DNA of 33,088 nucleotides, from contig NC_068981.1 in NCBI RefSeq assembly GCF_001194135.2, forward strand, positions 131,152,447-131,185,534, in the 5' to 3' direction. Below, in pieces: positions 22,284-33,088 of this stretch. How positions within the stretch are numbered: position 1 is the stretch's first letter; the number at the start of each line of letters is the position of its first letter. The translations under genes were made by a program, and so were the position numbers. This DNA comes from Octopus bimaculoides (taxonomy: Eukaryota). Below the pieces are notes generated by a model that was given only the letters and a program-made list of their open reading frames with translations, was not told the origin of the DNA and searched no databases.

Positions 22284-23805
22284 CAATGCTTTGCGTGATA
22301 GGAAAATTCGCCGAAGTCAATTGTATTGTGGATTTTCACGTAATATAAAATAGTTAATTATATGATAGGCAGAGAGAGAGAGAAAAAACAGATGCAATGG
22401 TAGTGTAATAATAGAAGGTTTTATACTGCTATATTTGGGGTACAGGAGTTTTAATTTTAACGATTATCCCATGAAAACTGTCGAATATATAATGACCGGT
22501 GATTGGGGCTATTTTGTGTAACTTGAAGTTTTAATCATGCTCTTAATAAATTACTAAATGGAAACATTTTTTTTAAATGATCGATTGTGATTAATGTATG
22601 TGTTGCGTGTTAAATTTCTTTTATGCACCGAATGTTACTGGTACACATTCGATTTTCCGGCAGTCAGTATTTCGAAATCTCTTTTAATCCGGACAAAACT
22701 ACGGGCAGACATTTAATTTGATTTCTTTTTTTTTTTTTTTTTNNNNNNNNNNTTTTTTTTTTTTTTTTTTTTGTGCATTCGACAGAAAGTGTGTCACAGA
22801 TGTTGCGTCATTTACAATCATTTAGGTATCTAGATATCGGTTGCTGATGTAACTCGTGATTTTGTGTAAATTCTTTCACTATTTCTTCCGAAGTGTCTTT
22901 AATCCGAGCATAATTATAAACAAACTTTTGACTTTTGTTGCGTTCCACGAAATTAGTTTCTTGTGTGCCAGAGGCAACGCTGTGTCATTTATAATCATTT
23001 AGATATCTAGATATCGGCTGCTGATGTAGCTCATATGATTTTGAGGACATTTTTATGTCACTTTGCTTACTTTTATCCATAATGAAGAGATATAATCCAC
23101 CACTGACTCCTATACTGTACATAAGTACAATGCAAGAATCAGTGACGATTGATGATGTAAACACAAATCATCACAATTCAAGAAAGGGGAAAATTTGTAA
23201 GTGAACTGAACCTTGTTGTTTCCGTGCGAAATTTATGTGAAACGTACGGTATCAGATCTAGGAATTAGGAGGCAATCTTGTAGCATTATATTTAGTTTTA
23301 AACATGTGTGCTCTTATATGATTATAGCTGGAAATTGGAGAGTGTATTTCTGCCTTAATGATGTTTTTAGCGGATAATCAAAGGTATGCTGCAAAGGCTT
23401 GGTTAGCGACATAATTATTAATAAGATAACAGCAATCGCCTGGGAATTAAATTATTACTATTACATGATGTCTGTGTCTGTAAAATGTTTAATTTGGATG
23501 AATCTGGAGCTAAGACTGCTGGAAAACCGTTGTGTGCATGAGTAAACATTTGATAGATAATATCTTATCGAGACACCGTATTTTTCTTCTAGGGTCGTAT
23601 CAAGTTTGTATATTCCACAGGTTATTTATTGTATTTAATTGTACCTTGTTGTATTAAGTCGGTATTTTTGTGCTTGTTGTATAACGTTTACTTACGCATG
23701 GGATGAATATTTAAATGTATAATGTGTTATGATACTTAAGATTTATCGCTAATTATGTTCAAGGAGTAAATTATTGAAGGGTTATAATTCTTGTATTCTG
23801 TTTTT

Positions 23806-24126
23806 GCTGAAGCACTGCCTTGAAAGGTTTTAGTCGAACAAATCGACCCCAAGACTTATTTTTTTAAAGCCTAGTACTTATTCTATCGAACACTTTTGCC
23901 GTAAACACACCAACGTCGGTTGTCAAGCGGTGATGAGAGGACAAACACGCACAAAAACACACATACATATATATACGACGGGCTTCTTTCAGTTTCCCGC
24001 TACTAAATTCACTCACAAGGCTTTGGTCGGCCCAAGACACCTACCCAAGGTGCCACGCAGTGTGACTGAACCCGGAACCATGTGATTGGGAAACACGCTT
24101 CTTACCATACAGTTACGCCTGCGCCT
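23806..24126 (-). mobile_element. SINE family B, near full length with small internal deletions
   Basis: Reverse complement colinear with 4124-4490. Confidence 0.88.
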
Positions 24127-25257
24127 ATTAATAGTAACTATTTATAGTGAATTCACAGAAACAACGCCACCGATTCCCTTCGATTCTTTCTTTACAGCTC
24201 ATTCATCGTGCTGGATTATTGCAATGCTAACACGTAACTGTGTTGTCTGTCATGTGTCGACATGCAAGCCATCGTATTGTTTACTCAGTAGTGTTCTTTA
24301 CTGGGTGTATTATATTGGAACGGTGTACCTCAGCTGCTGTTTCTGAAATACTTAGCATACTACTAGAAGATTCTATACATGTAGGTACCTGTTATATCGC
24401 ACGTTCGGATGACCTCTACTCAACTACTTCGACGTCTAGACTTCTCCCTCTATATCTATGTATTGGGCTAGCCTACTTCATCATCTGGGGGCGTCGACAC
24501 AACAGTAGCTGTGGAGGTGGCATAATGAGGGAATTTTTTATGTTCCTTTTGTGAAAAATTTCATGTGTCACTGTCATCACTTCCTATTTCTGTTCTAATT
24601 TACTTTCACTTTTTTAGGACAATTTACTGTCACTTAACACCATGCTAACCTCCTTCTTTAATATATTTAAACCTAAAATGTAACCAACTGTTCATTTAGC
24701 CAAAGCACATACACACATCCATATACAACTTCAATATGTGCTTACACACACTAATGTATGAGCGATACTTAGGGATACATATGCATACGCATCCACACTC
24801 ATTCACACGTATGCATATATAGGCCCGCCCATACGCACAAGTGCGCGCACGCGCTAAAGAGTGCATACATGAGTATACATGAAACTAGATGTAAACGAAA
24901 ATATATTCTTTTCATTTGGTTTACTTTTACACTTTCATTACACACGATAGTCAAACTTGCCCCTGGTGGTTAAATAACAATTTATTTCAGATAAAAGGTC
25001 GTAACATGCTGTTAATTATATTCACACATATATCGGTTATATTGCTGACATGTATACACAGGCGTAGTGGCATGCACTTTAAGGTTTTAAGAAGATATTC
25101 TATCTTCAGCCAGGATGAGTATATTTCAATTTTTAATTACTTAAGTCTAATTCTGCAAGCATCTGAATGCTTCATTTAGCTGAACATATACTCAGCCACA
25201 AACGCTCGTGCGCGCATACACGATCATATATATTCAATAAATGTATGCAAGAGTCTA

Positions 25258-25440
25258 TCTTTTGTTTCATTCACTGGACTACGGCCATGCTGAGGCATCG
25301 CCATGAAGAGTTTAGTCGAACAAATCAGGTGCATATTTTATCGATGACGCTAATTTACAGTGATGGAAAGTTACAGGGACGTAAACAAACCAACGCCGGT
25401 TATCAGGTGGTGGTGGTGGTGAACATGCGCAAAGACACAC
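25258..25440 (-). mobile_element. SINE family B 3' part, degenerate
   Basis: TTGTTTCATTC..GACTACGGCCATGCTG..TTTAGTCGAACAAATC..GTTACAGGGACGTAAAC..CCAACGCCGGTT. Confidence 0.7.
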
Positions 25441-25445
25441 AATTT

Positions 25446-25490
<45 letters not shown>

Positions 25491-25498
<8 letters not shown>

Positions 25499-25790
25499 CG
25501 TCCACTCGTGACCGAGGAAGACCATTGCTGACTTTCAGGAACATTGTGCGCTCTAGGACTAACTTATATTTTGCATTTCCGGCTCCGTTTGTGGCTAATG
25601 AGCCTTGCTCTTCACAAGCATACACGACTGCAAACATTGCAGACCAAGCTTTCCTTATCTACTACACTAGTAGTGTGCTTTCGAGCAGCACGCTAAGTTC
25701 GTCATGCAGAATACGTGCTCTCTGAAAAGTGTCACCTACTTCTTCCATCTGTGGCGATGACAGGCATTGTTATCCTAGTTATTCTCCTGA
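25491..25790 (-). mobile_element. RTE-clade LINE 3' terminal fragment
   Basis: Minus translation: ..RHRWK..RAARK..SLVCNVCSRVCL*RARLISHKRS.., matching the RTE/BovB-type C-terminal C2H2-like motif (C..C.R.C.SR.GL.SH.R). It is followed by a short 3' UTR (..CACGAGTGGACGGCCATC) and a (TA)n tract. Confidence 0.75.
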
Positions 25791-27642
25791 TTATATATAT
25801 ANNNNNNNNNNNNNNNNNNNNNNNNNNNNNNNNNNNNNNNNNNNNNNNNNNNNNNNNNNNNNNNNNNNNNNNNNNNNNNNNNNNNNNNNNNNNNNNNNNN
25901 NNNNNNNNNNNNNNNNNNNNNNNNNNNNNNNNNNNNNNNNNNNNNNNNNNNNNNNNNNNNNNNNNNNNNNNNNNNNNNNNNNNNNNNNNNNNNNNNNNNN
26001 NNNNNNNNNNNNNNNNNNNNNNNNNNNNNNNNNNNNNNNNNNNNNNNNNNNNNNNNNNNNNNNNNNNNNNNNNNNNNNNNNNNNNNNNNNNNNNNNNNNN
26101 NNNNNNNNNNNNNNNNNNNNNNNNNNNNNNNNNNNNNNNNNNNNNNNNNNNNNNNNNNNNNNNNNNNNNNNNNNNNNNNNNNNNNNNNNNNNNNTATATA
26201 TATATATATATATATATATTAATAAATCTGAAGGTAGCAAAAAAAATTTTAGAAATTCTATTTGCTACCAGTGGACTAATTATATTTATATTTTTTCTGT
26301 TTTAGTTTTCATATTTATTTGAATATTGATGTATCATGTTTCCTCTTTCGGTTACGAAAGTGTTGTTTGTATCGTGCCTTGAATTAGTTTGCTGTACTTT
26401 CTATACATGTAGATATAGTAATTGGTGTCGTGTTCGTAGTTACCGTTATACTATATGCGATATTTCTTGAAAAATTGTTTCCTTCTAGAGGGCAGGATAA
26501 AGGTGTTCTACAATTGCAATTGTTATATGTGTCATTTAGATTTTCACTTTTAGACAATTTTTGCTAGTTGTAATTAGCTACAGTTGTTTCAGAGTTGTCG
26601 GTTGTGGAGTAAGGCAATTTTACGTTGTGTCTGTTTATTAATTTGTAGCATTTGCAGTTGGGGTGGAAGTATTTTTGCAGTATTTTGAAAAATAATGTAG
26701 TTATTAATGTGGAGTCTTGCATATTGAAGGTGGGGCATTAAACCAGCTAATTTTTCTTTTTCTATTCTTACGTATTTTATTACTTGAGGGAGGTTTGTTG
26801 TTTATACATGGCACTCTTTCCTTGCAACCACTGTTACCGAGAGCTTCGTTATATGGAGTTTCTATTTCGTTTAGCATTTTTCATTTGAAGATAAAGAGAA
26901 AAGTCTGAGAGACATGTACTTTACAAAGTTTTTGATAATTTTGGGAGGGGGTCTATGTATATATTGGATCTTACAACATCTAGGAAGTTGACTAACTTTA
27001 GTTGTGTTTCTACTGTAATAGAGAAGCCAAAGTTTTTAAAGAAGTGATATAGTTCCTTCCTTAAGTTATCACTATTTTGTGGATTACAGTTTCTCACTGG
27101 GTGCACACCATCGTTCCTATATAGGCCAGTTAATATAGCTGGAAATTTGTTTTCTAAATTTTCTAGTATGTAAAGACCAAAAACGTCGCTTATCTCTGCC
27201 GAGTTGTCTGAACCCAGACTTAGATAAAATGGTTCTTTATTGTTTTCCTTACTCCTGAAAGCATTGTTATGAAAGAAGAGTGACATCCTTGCTTGAACTA
27301 TTGTTTCCATTTTGGTGTTGTTTATCATGGTTATGGTTTTAGTGAAGTTTAAAGTAGCTCTAAGACTAGGTTCAGTTATTGTTGCATAATAATCTCTGAT
27401 GTCAAACTAGAAGAAATGGCATGCATTTTCATTTGGGATCTTGTAAGTGTTACTCCAGAGGGGTAATGTCGATATTGTTTTTATCTTAGGTGAGAATTAG
27501 TCTGTGATCTTTTTTTTATTAATGATACCTATGTCCGGTTTGGAAGGATTTATTAGTCTAACAGATGAGATGCTATTGAAGTTTTGTTTGTGGTATTTCA
27601 TAGTCATGTATCTGCATTTGGGTGTTAATATATCTACTCTGT

Positions 27643-27847
27643 ATAAGGCGGTGTGCTGGCAGAATCGTTAGCACAGCATGCAAAATGCATAGCACCATTT
27701 CGTCCCTCTTTACGTTCTGAATCGAGGTCAGCTTTGTCTTTCATCCTTTCGGGGTCGATTAATTAAGTACCAATTGAACACTGGGGTCGATGTAATCGGC
27801 TTAACCCTTTTTCTGAAACTGCTGGGCTTCAACCAAAATTTGAAATC
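27643..27847 (+). mobile_element. SINE family A inserted in the Penelope element, with a 16-bp target-site duplication
   Basis: AATATATCTACTCTGT (27627-27642) and AATATATCTACTTTGT (27848-27863) flank a complete family A copy. Confidence 0.9.
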
Positions 27848-28442
27848 AATATATCTACTTTGTCATCTATTTTAAGTTTAGTAGCTATTTCCTTAGCTGT
27901 AGTGTTTATATCACTTAAAGCTGGATACTTTGTATTTTGTGTGTAGGTGGCGGGGAAAATGTTAGAGATTGTGTTAGAACGAAAGCAGTTATATATAGTT
28001 TAATTTATCTGGTAGAAGTTGTTTTGCAAATAGATTTTATGTGGTTGATTTTTCTGTTTTAGTTCTTTCTGCAGTTCATTCATTCGCTTATTTAATTTTA
28101 TTTACTTAATCATTGAAAATAGGTAATTTGTGAAAGGTTATAGTAATGGTTTAGAAGGTGGACATTTGACCAACTTGAATCCATTGTTGTTGATAGGATG
28201 TTTTTCCTTTTGGTCTTTTTCATAGTGATAATTTTTCCATCTGAGTCTTTTGATTAAGTTTTGTTTTCTGTAGAGAAGTTTTCAGGTAGCGCTTTTTTAG
28301 TAGGTACCAGTATGTTTGTCGTAGAAAAGTATATTGGGTGTTGCTGCAACTTTTCGTATTTTCCGTCAATGCTGCGAAAGCACTCATGTTGGGGCAGAGC
28401 TGTTATATTAATGTTTGCTTTTATATACAGTTATAATTAAAG

Positions 28443-28830
28443 CGTGGAGGCGCAATGGCCAAGTGATTAGGGCAGCGGACTCGTGGTCATAGGATCGTGG
28501 TTTCGATTCTCAGACCGGGCGTTGTGAGTGTTTATTGAGCGAAACACCTAAAGCTCCACGAGGCTCCAGCAGGGGATGGTGGCGAACCCTGCTGTACTCT
28601 TTCACCACAACTTTCTCTCACTTTATCTTCCTGTTTCTGTTGTACCTGTATTTGAAAGGGCCAGCCTTGTCACACTCTGTGTCATGCTGAATCTCCCCGA
28701 GAAGTTCGTTAAGGGTACATGTGTCTGTGGAGTGCTCAGCTACTTGCACGTCAATTTCACGAGCAGGTTGTTCCATTGATCGGATCAACTGGAACCCTCG
28801 ACATCGTAAGCGACGAAATACCAACACAAT
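28443..28830 (+). mobile_element. tRNA-derived SINE, family D, full length
   Basis: GTGGAGGCGCAATGGCCAAGTGATTAGG (A box), GGTTTCGATTC (B box), CAA-type tail; homologue at 9031-9276. Confidence 0.9.
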
Positions 28831-28883
28831 AAAAGCAGTTTTACATTAATGCGACGGGATACTCAAAGCAAGAATATTATTGA

Positions 28884-28926
28884 CAGTAATTTCGAAGTTT
28901 CGGCCAGCTAAGCTATTGTCAGACTG
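28884..28926 (-). ncRNA. Decayed minimal type-I hammerhead ribozyme motif at the Penelope 5' region
   Basis: Minus strand: CAGT CTGACAA T AGC TTAGCTG GCC GAAAC TTCGAA A T T ACTG. This reads as stem I, a CUGANGA-like core, stem II, GAAAC, a palindromic stem III loop and stem I'. Confidence 0.65.
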
Positions 28927-29424
28927 CGACGCATTGAAGTTGATATTGGTTTTATATAGTTTCGGTTGAGTTAGTCTTCCTTGGTTGTGAGGGTATAAAT
29001 GGAAAGGTAATTATGTTGTAGGGAGGGAGATTTCGTTGCTATTTCTAGCAATTTTAGCGCAAACGTAGCTGCTTATTGTGCTGCCCTTATCTCATCTTTT
29101 TATCCCGATATTTTGCGACTCATCAGCGACATTAAGGATCTAAGTGCACGTGTGTGTGTATGTATGTGTATGTGTGTGTGCTCTCGCCCGCGTGTATGTG
29201 CCTGCGTAGGAGGTAGATTGTGGCACAGTAACTCTGTGAATCGAGTTACATTTCATTTACAAATCGCACATTTCATATACGTTGCCAGTACTCTAGGGAG
29301 ATCATAAAAGTCATGATGCATAAATCCACCCGAGCTTCCGTCACAATAACTGAACGTCTTGTACATGCCAACACACACACACGCACGCACGCACACACGC
29401 ACATACATACACACAAATACACAT

Positions 29425-29475
<51 letters not shown>

Positions 29476-30192
29476 TCAAAATTTGCTAACGCAAAGAGTA
29501 TTCACATGAGAAAGATTTCAAAATATACGAGTGCGTGCACTCGGTTTTTAATCCTTGTTTAGCCAATTATAAATTTTAATTTAATTGTCGAACTCATATA
29601 TATCGTAAAATATACTTCTTCCTAAATTGTCTCAGAGAATTGAATGTATCAGAATGTTCCCCTGATAAACGTAGCAGCTGACTCTTCCTCAAATTAATTT
29701 CTGTCATTTCTTTCCTTTTTTGTCTTTTATTTTTTTGTTGGTAGCGAAGAATAGATTGGATATCGTGGGGAAGAAAGCAAAATAAAACAACGGTGTATTA
29801 GGTCGACGCTCACGAAATAGGTTAAAAATGGGAAGCATCGTTTTCGTTTCAAATATTCACTCTTCCGAGAGATAAACAGGATAGTCAGGGAAAGAGAGAA
29901 AAAAATGGAGAAAATTAAGAATGGAGAACATATATGCATACATATATACATACATACATACACACAGACATATATATACATATGTATCTATGTATCTATG
30001 TATCTATGTATGTATGTATGTATTATATTAATAATAAGGATACATTAAAGTGTCTACCCGCTAGAAATGAGGGCTAAAACCCTCATTTGGACCACCAAAT
30101 ATTGTTGTTGTTATCAAATATTTGGATTGGTTTCGAAAATAATAACAATATTAATATCTATATAAATATACGCTTCTGAATATTTTGGCTGC

Positions 30193-30284
<92 letters not shown>

Positions 30285-30286
<2 letters not shown>

Positions 30287-30543
30287 AATTAAAATAGTAG
30301 GGTAAAAAAATTGGATATTAATTAATATCAATTTAATACCAGGGAACAAGCACATTAAAGGAATCAAGGAGATTCAGAAAAAATATCTGAGATCTCAAAA
30401 GATTATTGTATATGTATATATAATATTCCTTTGAGATCATAGATATTTTTTCTGAATCTCCTTGATTCTTTTAATGTCCTTGTTCCCTGGTATTAAATTG
30501 ATATTAATTAATATCCAATTTTTTACCCTAATGTTTTAATTTA
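30285..30543. repeat. ~260-bp near-perfect inverted repeat (foldback/MITE-like)
   Basis: Left arm TAAATTAAAATAGTAGGGTAAAAAAATTGGATATTAATTAATATCAATTTAATACCAGGGAACAAGCACATTAAAGGAATCAAGGAGATTCAGAAAAAATATCTGAGATCTCAAAAG is the reverse complement of the right arm (~30429-30543) with a handful of differences. Confidence 0.93.
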
Positions 30544-30814
30544 ATTAACCATAACTACGTTCTCAAAGTTGGTATATTCGATGCAGAAACAATTTTCTGC
30601 AGAGATATTCCCGGATTTAGCGCGCCAAAACGAAAACTTTTGAATCTTACTATAAATATAATTAACAGAACCGTGTACACGTGCTTTATTCGTGGGGAAC
30701 AACTAGTATACGATTCTGAGAATTATATTTATTTAACGGTCCGTACTGATGAGAAACAGATATTTTTGGTAAGAAAATGTTTATTTCGAAACTAGTTTGC
30801 GGATAATTTTGATG

Positions 30815-32893
30815 TACAGTATTTCCAGAATTTTGTATTGTCTGAGAGACTTTTGTGTCATCGGCATAGCTAGCAAGGGTATCTATCTGAGCAGCTGAGG
30901 GCATGTCTGAGAGGGTCATTATGAATAGCAGTGGCCCTACGGCAGTGCCCTGTGGAACACCACTTGCTATTTCTGTTTCCTTGGAGGTGGCTCCATTGGC
31001 CACCACTGCCTGACATCTATCTTTTATTTTAGAAAGTCATGCAGCCACTCTCCAAGTTTTCCGACTATGCTGAGATCGCGCAGTTTGTGACATGGTCGAC
31101 TTTATCAAAGGTTTTTGTGAAGTCAAGATATTTCACATCCACACTTGAGTAATTTAGCACCCAGTCGTAGTGCTGCAAGAGATATGTTAGGCAGCTTCTG
31201 CCTGGTCGAAATCCATGCTGGGTGTCAGTCAGGAAGTCATTTTCTCTAAGGAACGAGATTAGTTTTTTGCAGACTATTCGTTCCATGACTTTGATGATGT
31301 GTGGCCAGAGACATAGACCTATAATTTGTAGCATCTACTCTGTTTCCTCCCTTATGGATAGAGCGTATCATCCCTTCCTTCAGTCTGTCTGGTAGCTTAC
31401 CACTTGCAAGACAGCTCTGAAAAAGAAGCTGCAGTGGTTTTGCAAGGGTTCCATTGCATGATTAGAGAAGGGCCGCTGAGAATGCATCAGAGACAGCAGC
31501 TGAGTTTGTGTCAACCTCATCTATGGCGAGTGTTACATCTTCAATGTCGATGTAATTAATTTTCGCCTCTTTGGTTACAGGTAAAATGGCAAAGAATTCT
31601 GCTGGTTTGTTCACTTGCCTGTTTCCTAAAGGTGCAGTGAACACACTTTGGAACTGTTAGTATTTCACTTATCCTCTTTGGGTTTCCTGCGAGGGAGTCA
31701 TCTTTTCCGAAGAGGAATCTTATCCTGTGGCGTACTAAGGCTGTTGCTTTGGCAAAGTTAAGGAAAGTTTTAAGGTTCGATTTCTATATCCTAAGGTTCC
31801 TAATCTGCTCTCTCATTTTCGTGAGATTGAAGCAAAATTTTCTCAATCTCCAATAGCGCTCTCTCCAGGTGAGACTTCTCACTACTTTTGGGGTGCTTGC
31901 TCAGGCGGTTCGTAATCTTTGTCCGTCGTCTCATAAGAATATTCCTTTCCTAGCGATCCTGTTTTTGTATATGTTGGCCCTGCGCACTGGGACAGATTTG
32001 CCATATATGGCTTACATTATGGAATGAATGCTTGTTTCATGTCAATGTCTGGTGTGGAGACACATTTAGGCCAATCTTGTTTGAGGATCTCTTTTTCAAT
32101 CAACTTCCATTCTGCTTTATGAAAATTTAATTTGGAGAGATTTTCGATGCTTTGCATAGGCTATGGGATGTTGGTCCATACATTGACAGCTCTATTATGT
32201 TGTGATCCGCAACCAGCGACGGTGTCACTTTAACATTATGGATAATGTCCATATTGTTCGTGAAGCAGAGATTCAATATATTATTTGCCCTGGTTGGTTG
32301 CAGCACAGTTTGCTCCATGAAAGAAGCATTGGTAAGATGGAGCAGATACGCTGCTTGTGCTTGCTGGTGGTGTGTCATTCCTAGGAGCAACTGGCCCCCA
32401 GACCATCCCACATTGGGAAAGTTAAAGTCACCCAAAAAGAATACACTGATGTGTTGTTCCAGTTTCGTGAGAACTATCTTTGCTAGGCAGTCTTCAAACT
32501 TACCTGTATGGTTTGGAGCATCCGGTGGGCGATATGTAGTACATATGACAATATTAAGTTGTCTTATGTGTACCATTTGAACATCGCACACTGAATTTGA
32601 ATATGACAGCAGGACCTGGAGCGTGAGGTCCTCTCAGACGTACACAGCAATTCCATCATGGCTCCTTTCTTTTCTATCTGCGCGTATGACAACATATTGT
32701 TGTATGTGTATTTCTGCATCCCCTATATCAGGTCTAAGATGGGTTTCCACAAGTGCTATGCATAGAGCTTGATTGCATACAACAAGCACTCTCAGGAACG
32801 AGATTTTTGTTTTACAGTTGCCGTGCAACAGCCCTCCGATATTTTGTAGAAATATTTTTATGTATATGTATATATATGTATATATAATATATA

Positions 32894-32925
<32 letters not shown>

Positions 32926-33088
32926 AAGTGTAGTATATTGCCACTTAAGTGTGGCTGACCCCTAGGGGTGGATGTTACTGTTGCTTTTAGCCCCAGGAGG
33001 ACATCTCCTCCAGCTGGCTTATCGACACACGACTGTGTCCTGTTTGCCAAGGGAGTTATCCCTCTCACCACGACCAGCAGCACGAACG
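30815..33088 (-). mobile_element. CR1-like LINE ORF2 (APE + RT), decayed, 3'-truncated shortly after YADD
   Basis: LQNIGGL, LVETHL, YRPPD, LGDFNFP, PTRANNILNLCFTN, DHNII, QHGFRPGRSCLT, YLDFTKTFDKVDH, SGVPQGTAVGPLLF and YADDTK occur in the correct order across several frames. Confidence 0.92.

Larger units (their letters stand above)
26230..28930 (-). mobile_element. Penelope-like element (RT + GIY-YIG region), heavily decayed, interrupted by two SINEs
   Basis: RLINPSK, FFSFDIRDYY, LGSDNSAEISDVFGLYIL, GLYRNDG, VNFLDV, WFNAPFN and NRHNVKLPYS motifs are all typical of Penelope RT and linker. Cys-rich endonuclease-like remnants lie toward 26230-26560. Confidence 0.85.

Noticed and set aside
23082-23204. 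Short ATG-initiated frame with a GTAAGT donor at 23197
   Set aside because: Only about 40 codons, no homology recognised, no partner exon.
29095-29130. Second hammerhead-like core (CTGATGAGTC.. on - strand)
   Set aside because: CTGATGA is intact, but GAAA is absent (TAAAA instead), stem II is poor and there is no stem I partner.

Overview
Eukaryotic, repeat-saturated window with about 5.2 kb (~16%) of N gaps, most of them flanked by microsatellites. No host protein-coding gene can be supported. The SINE repertoire and microsatellite density resemble an octopus (coleoid cephalopod) genome; that assignment comes from recall, not a search. Content: (i) four tRNA-type SINE families, labelled A-D here; (ii) a decayed 5S rRNA-derived segment that may head a SINE3-like element; (iii) a decayed Tc1/mariner transposase abutted by the 3' end of a near-complete L1/Tx1-like LINE (both - strand); (iv) an RTE-clade 3' end; (v) a Penelope-like element carrying a decayed hammerhead ribozyme motif; (vi) a ~260-bp near-perfect palindrome; (vii) a 3'-truncated CR1-like LINE. 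Most long ORFs in the track are artefacts of N-runs or microsatellites. I found no clearly new biological system. The best leads are the 5S-headed element, the Penelope hammerhead, the Tx1/Tc1 junction, the foldback palindrome, a 41-bp local copy and inverted SINE pairs.
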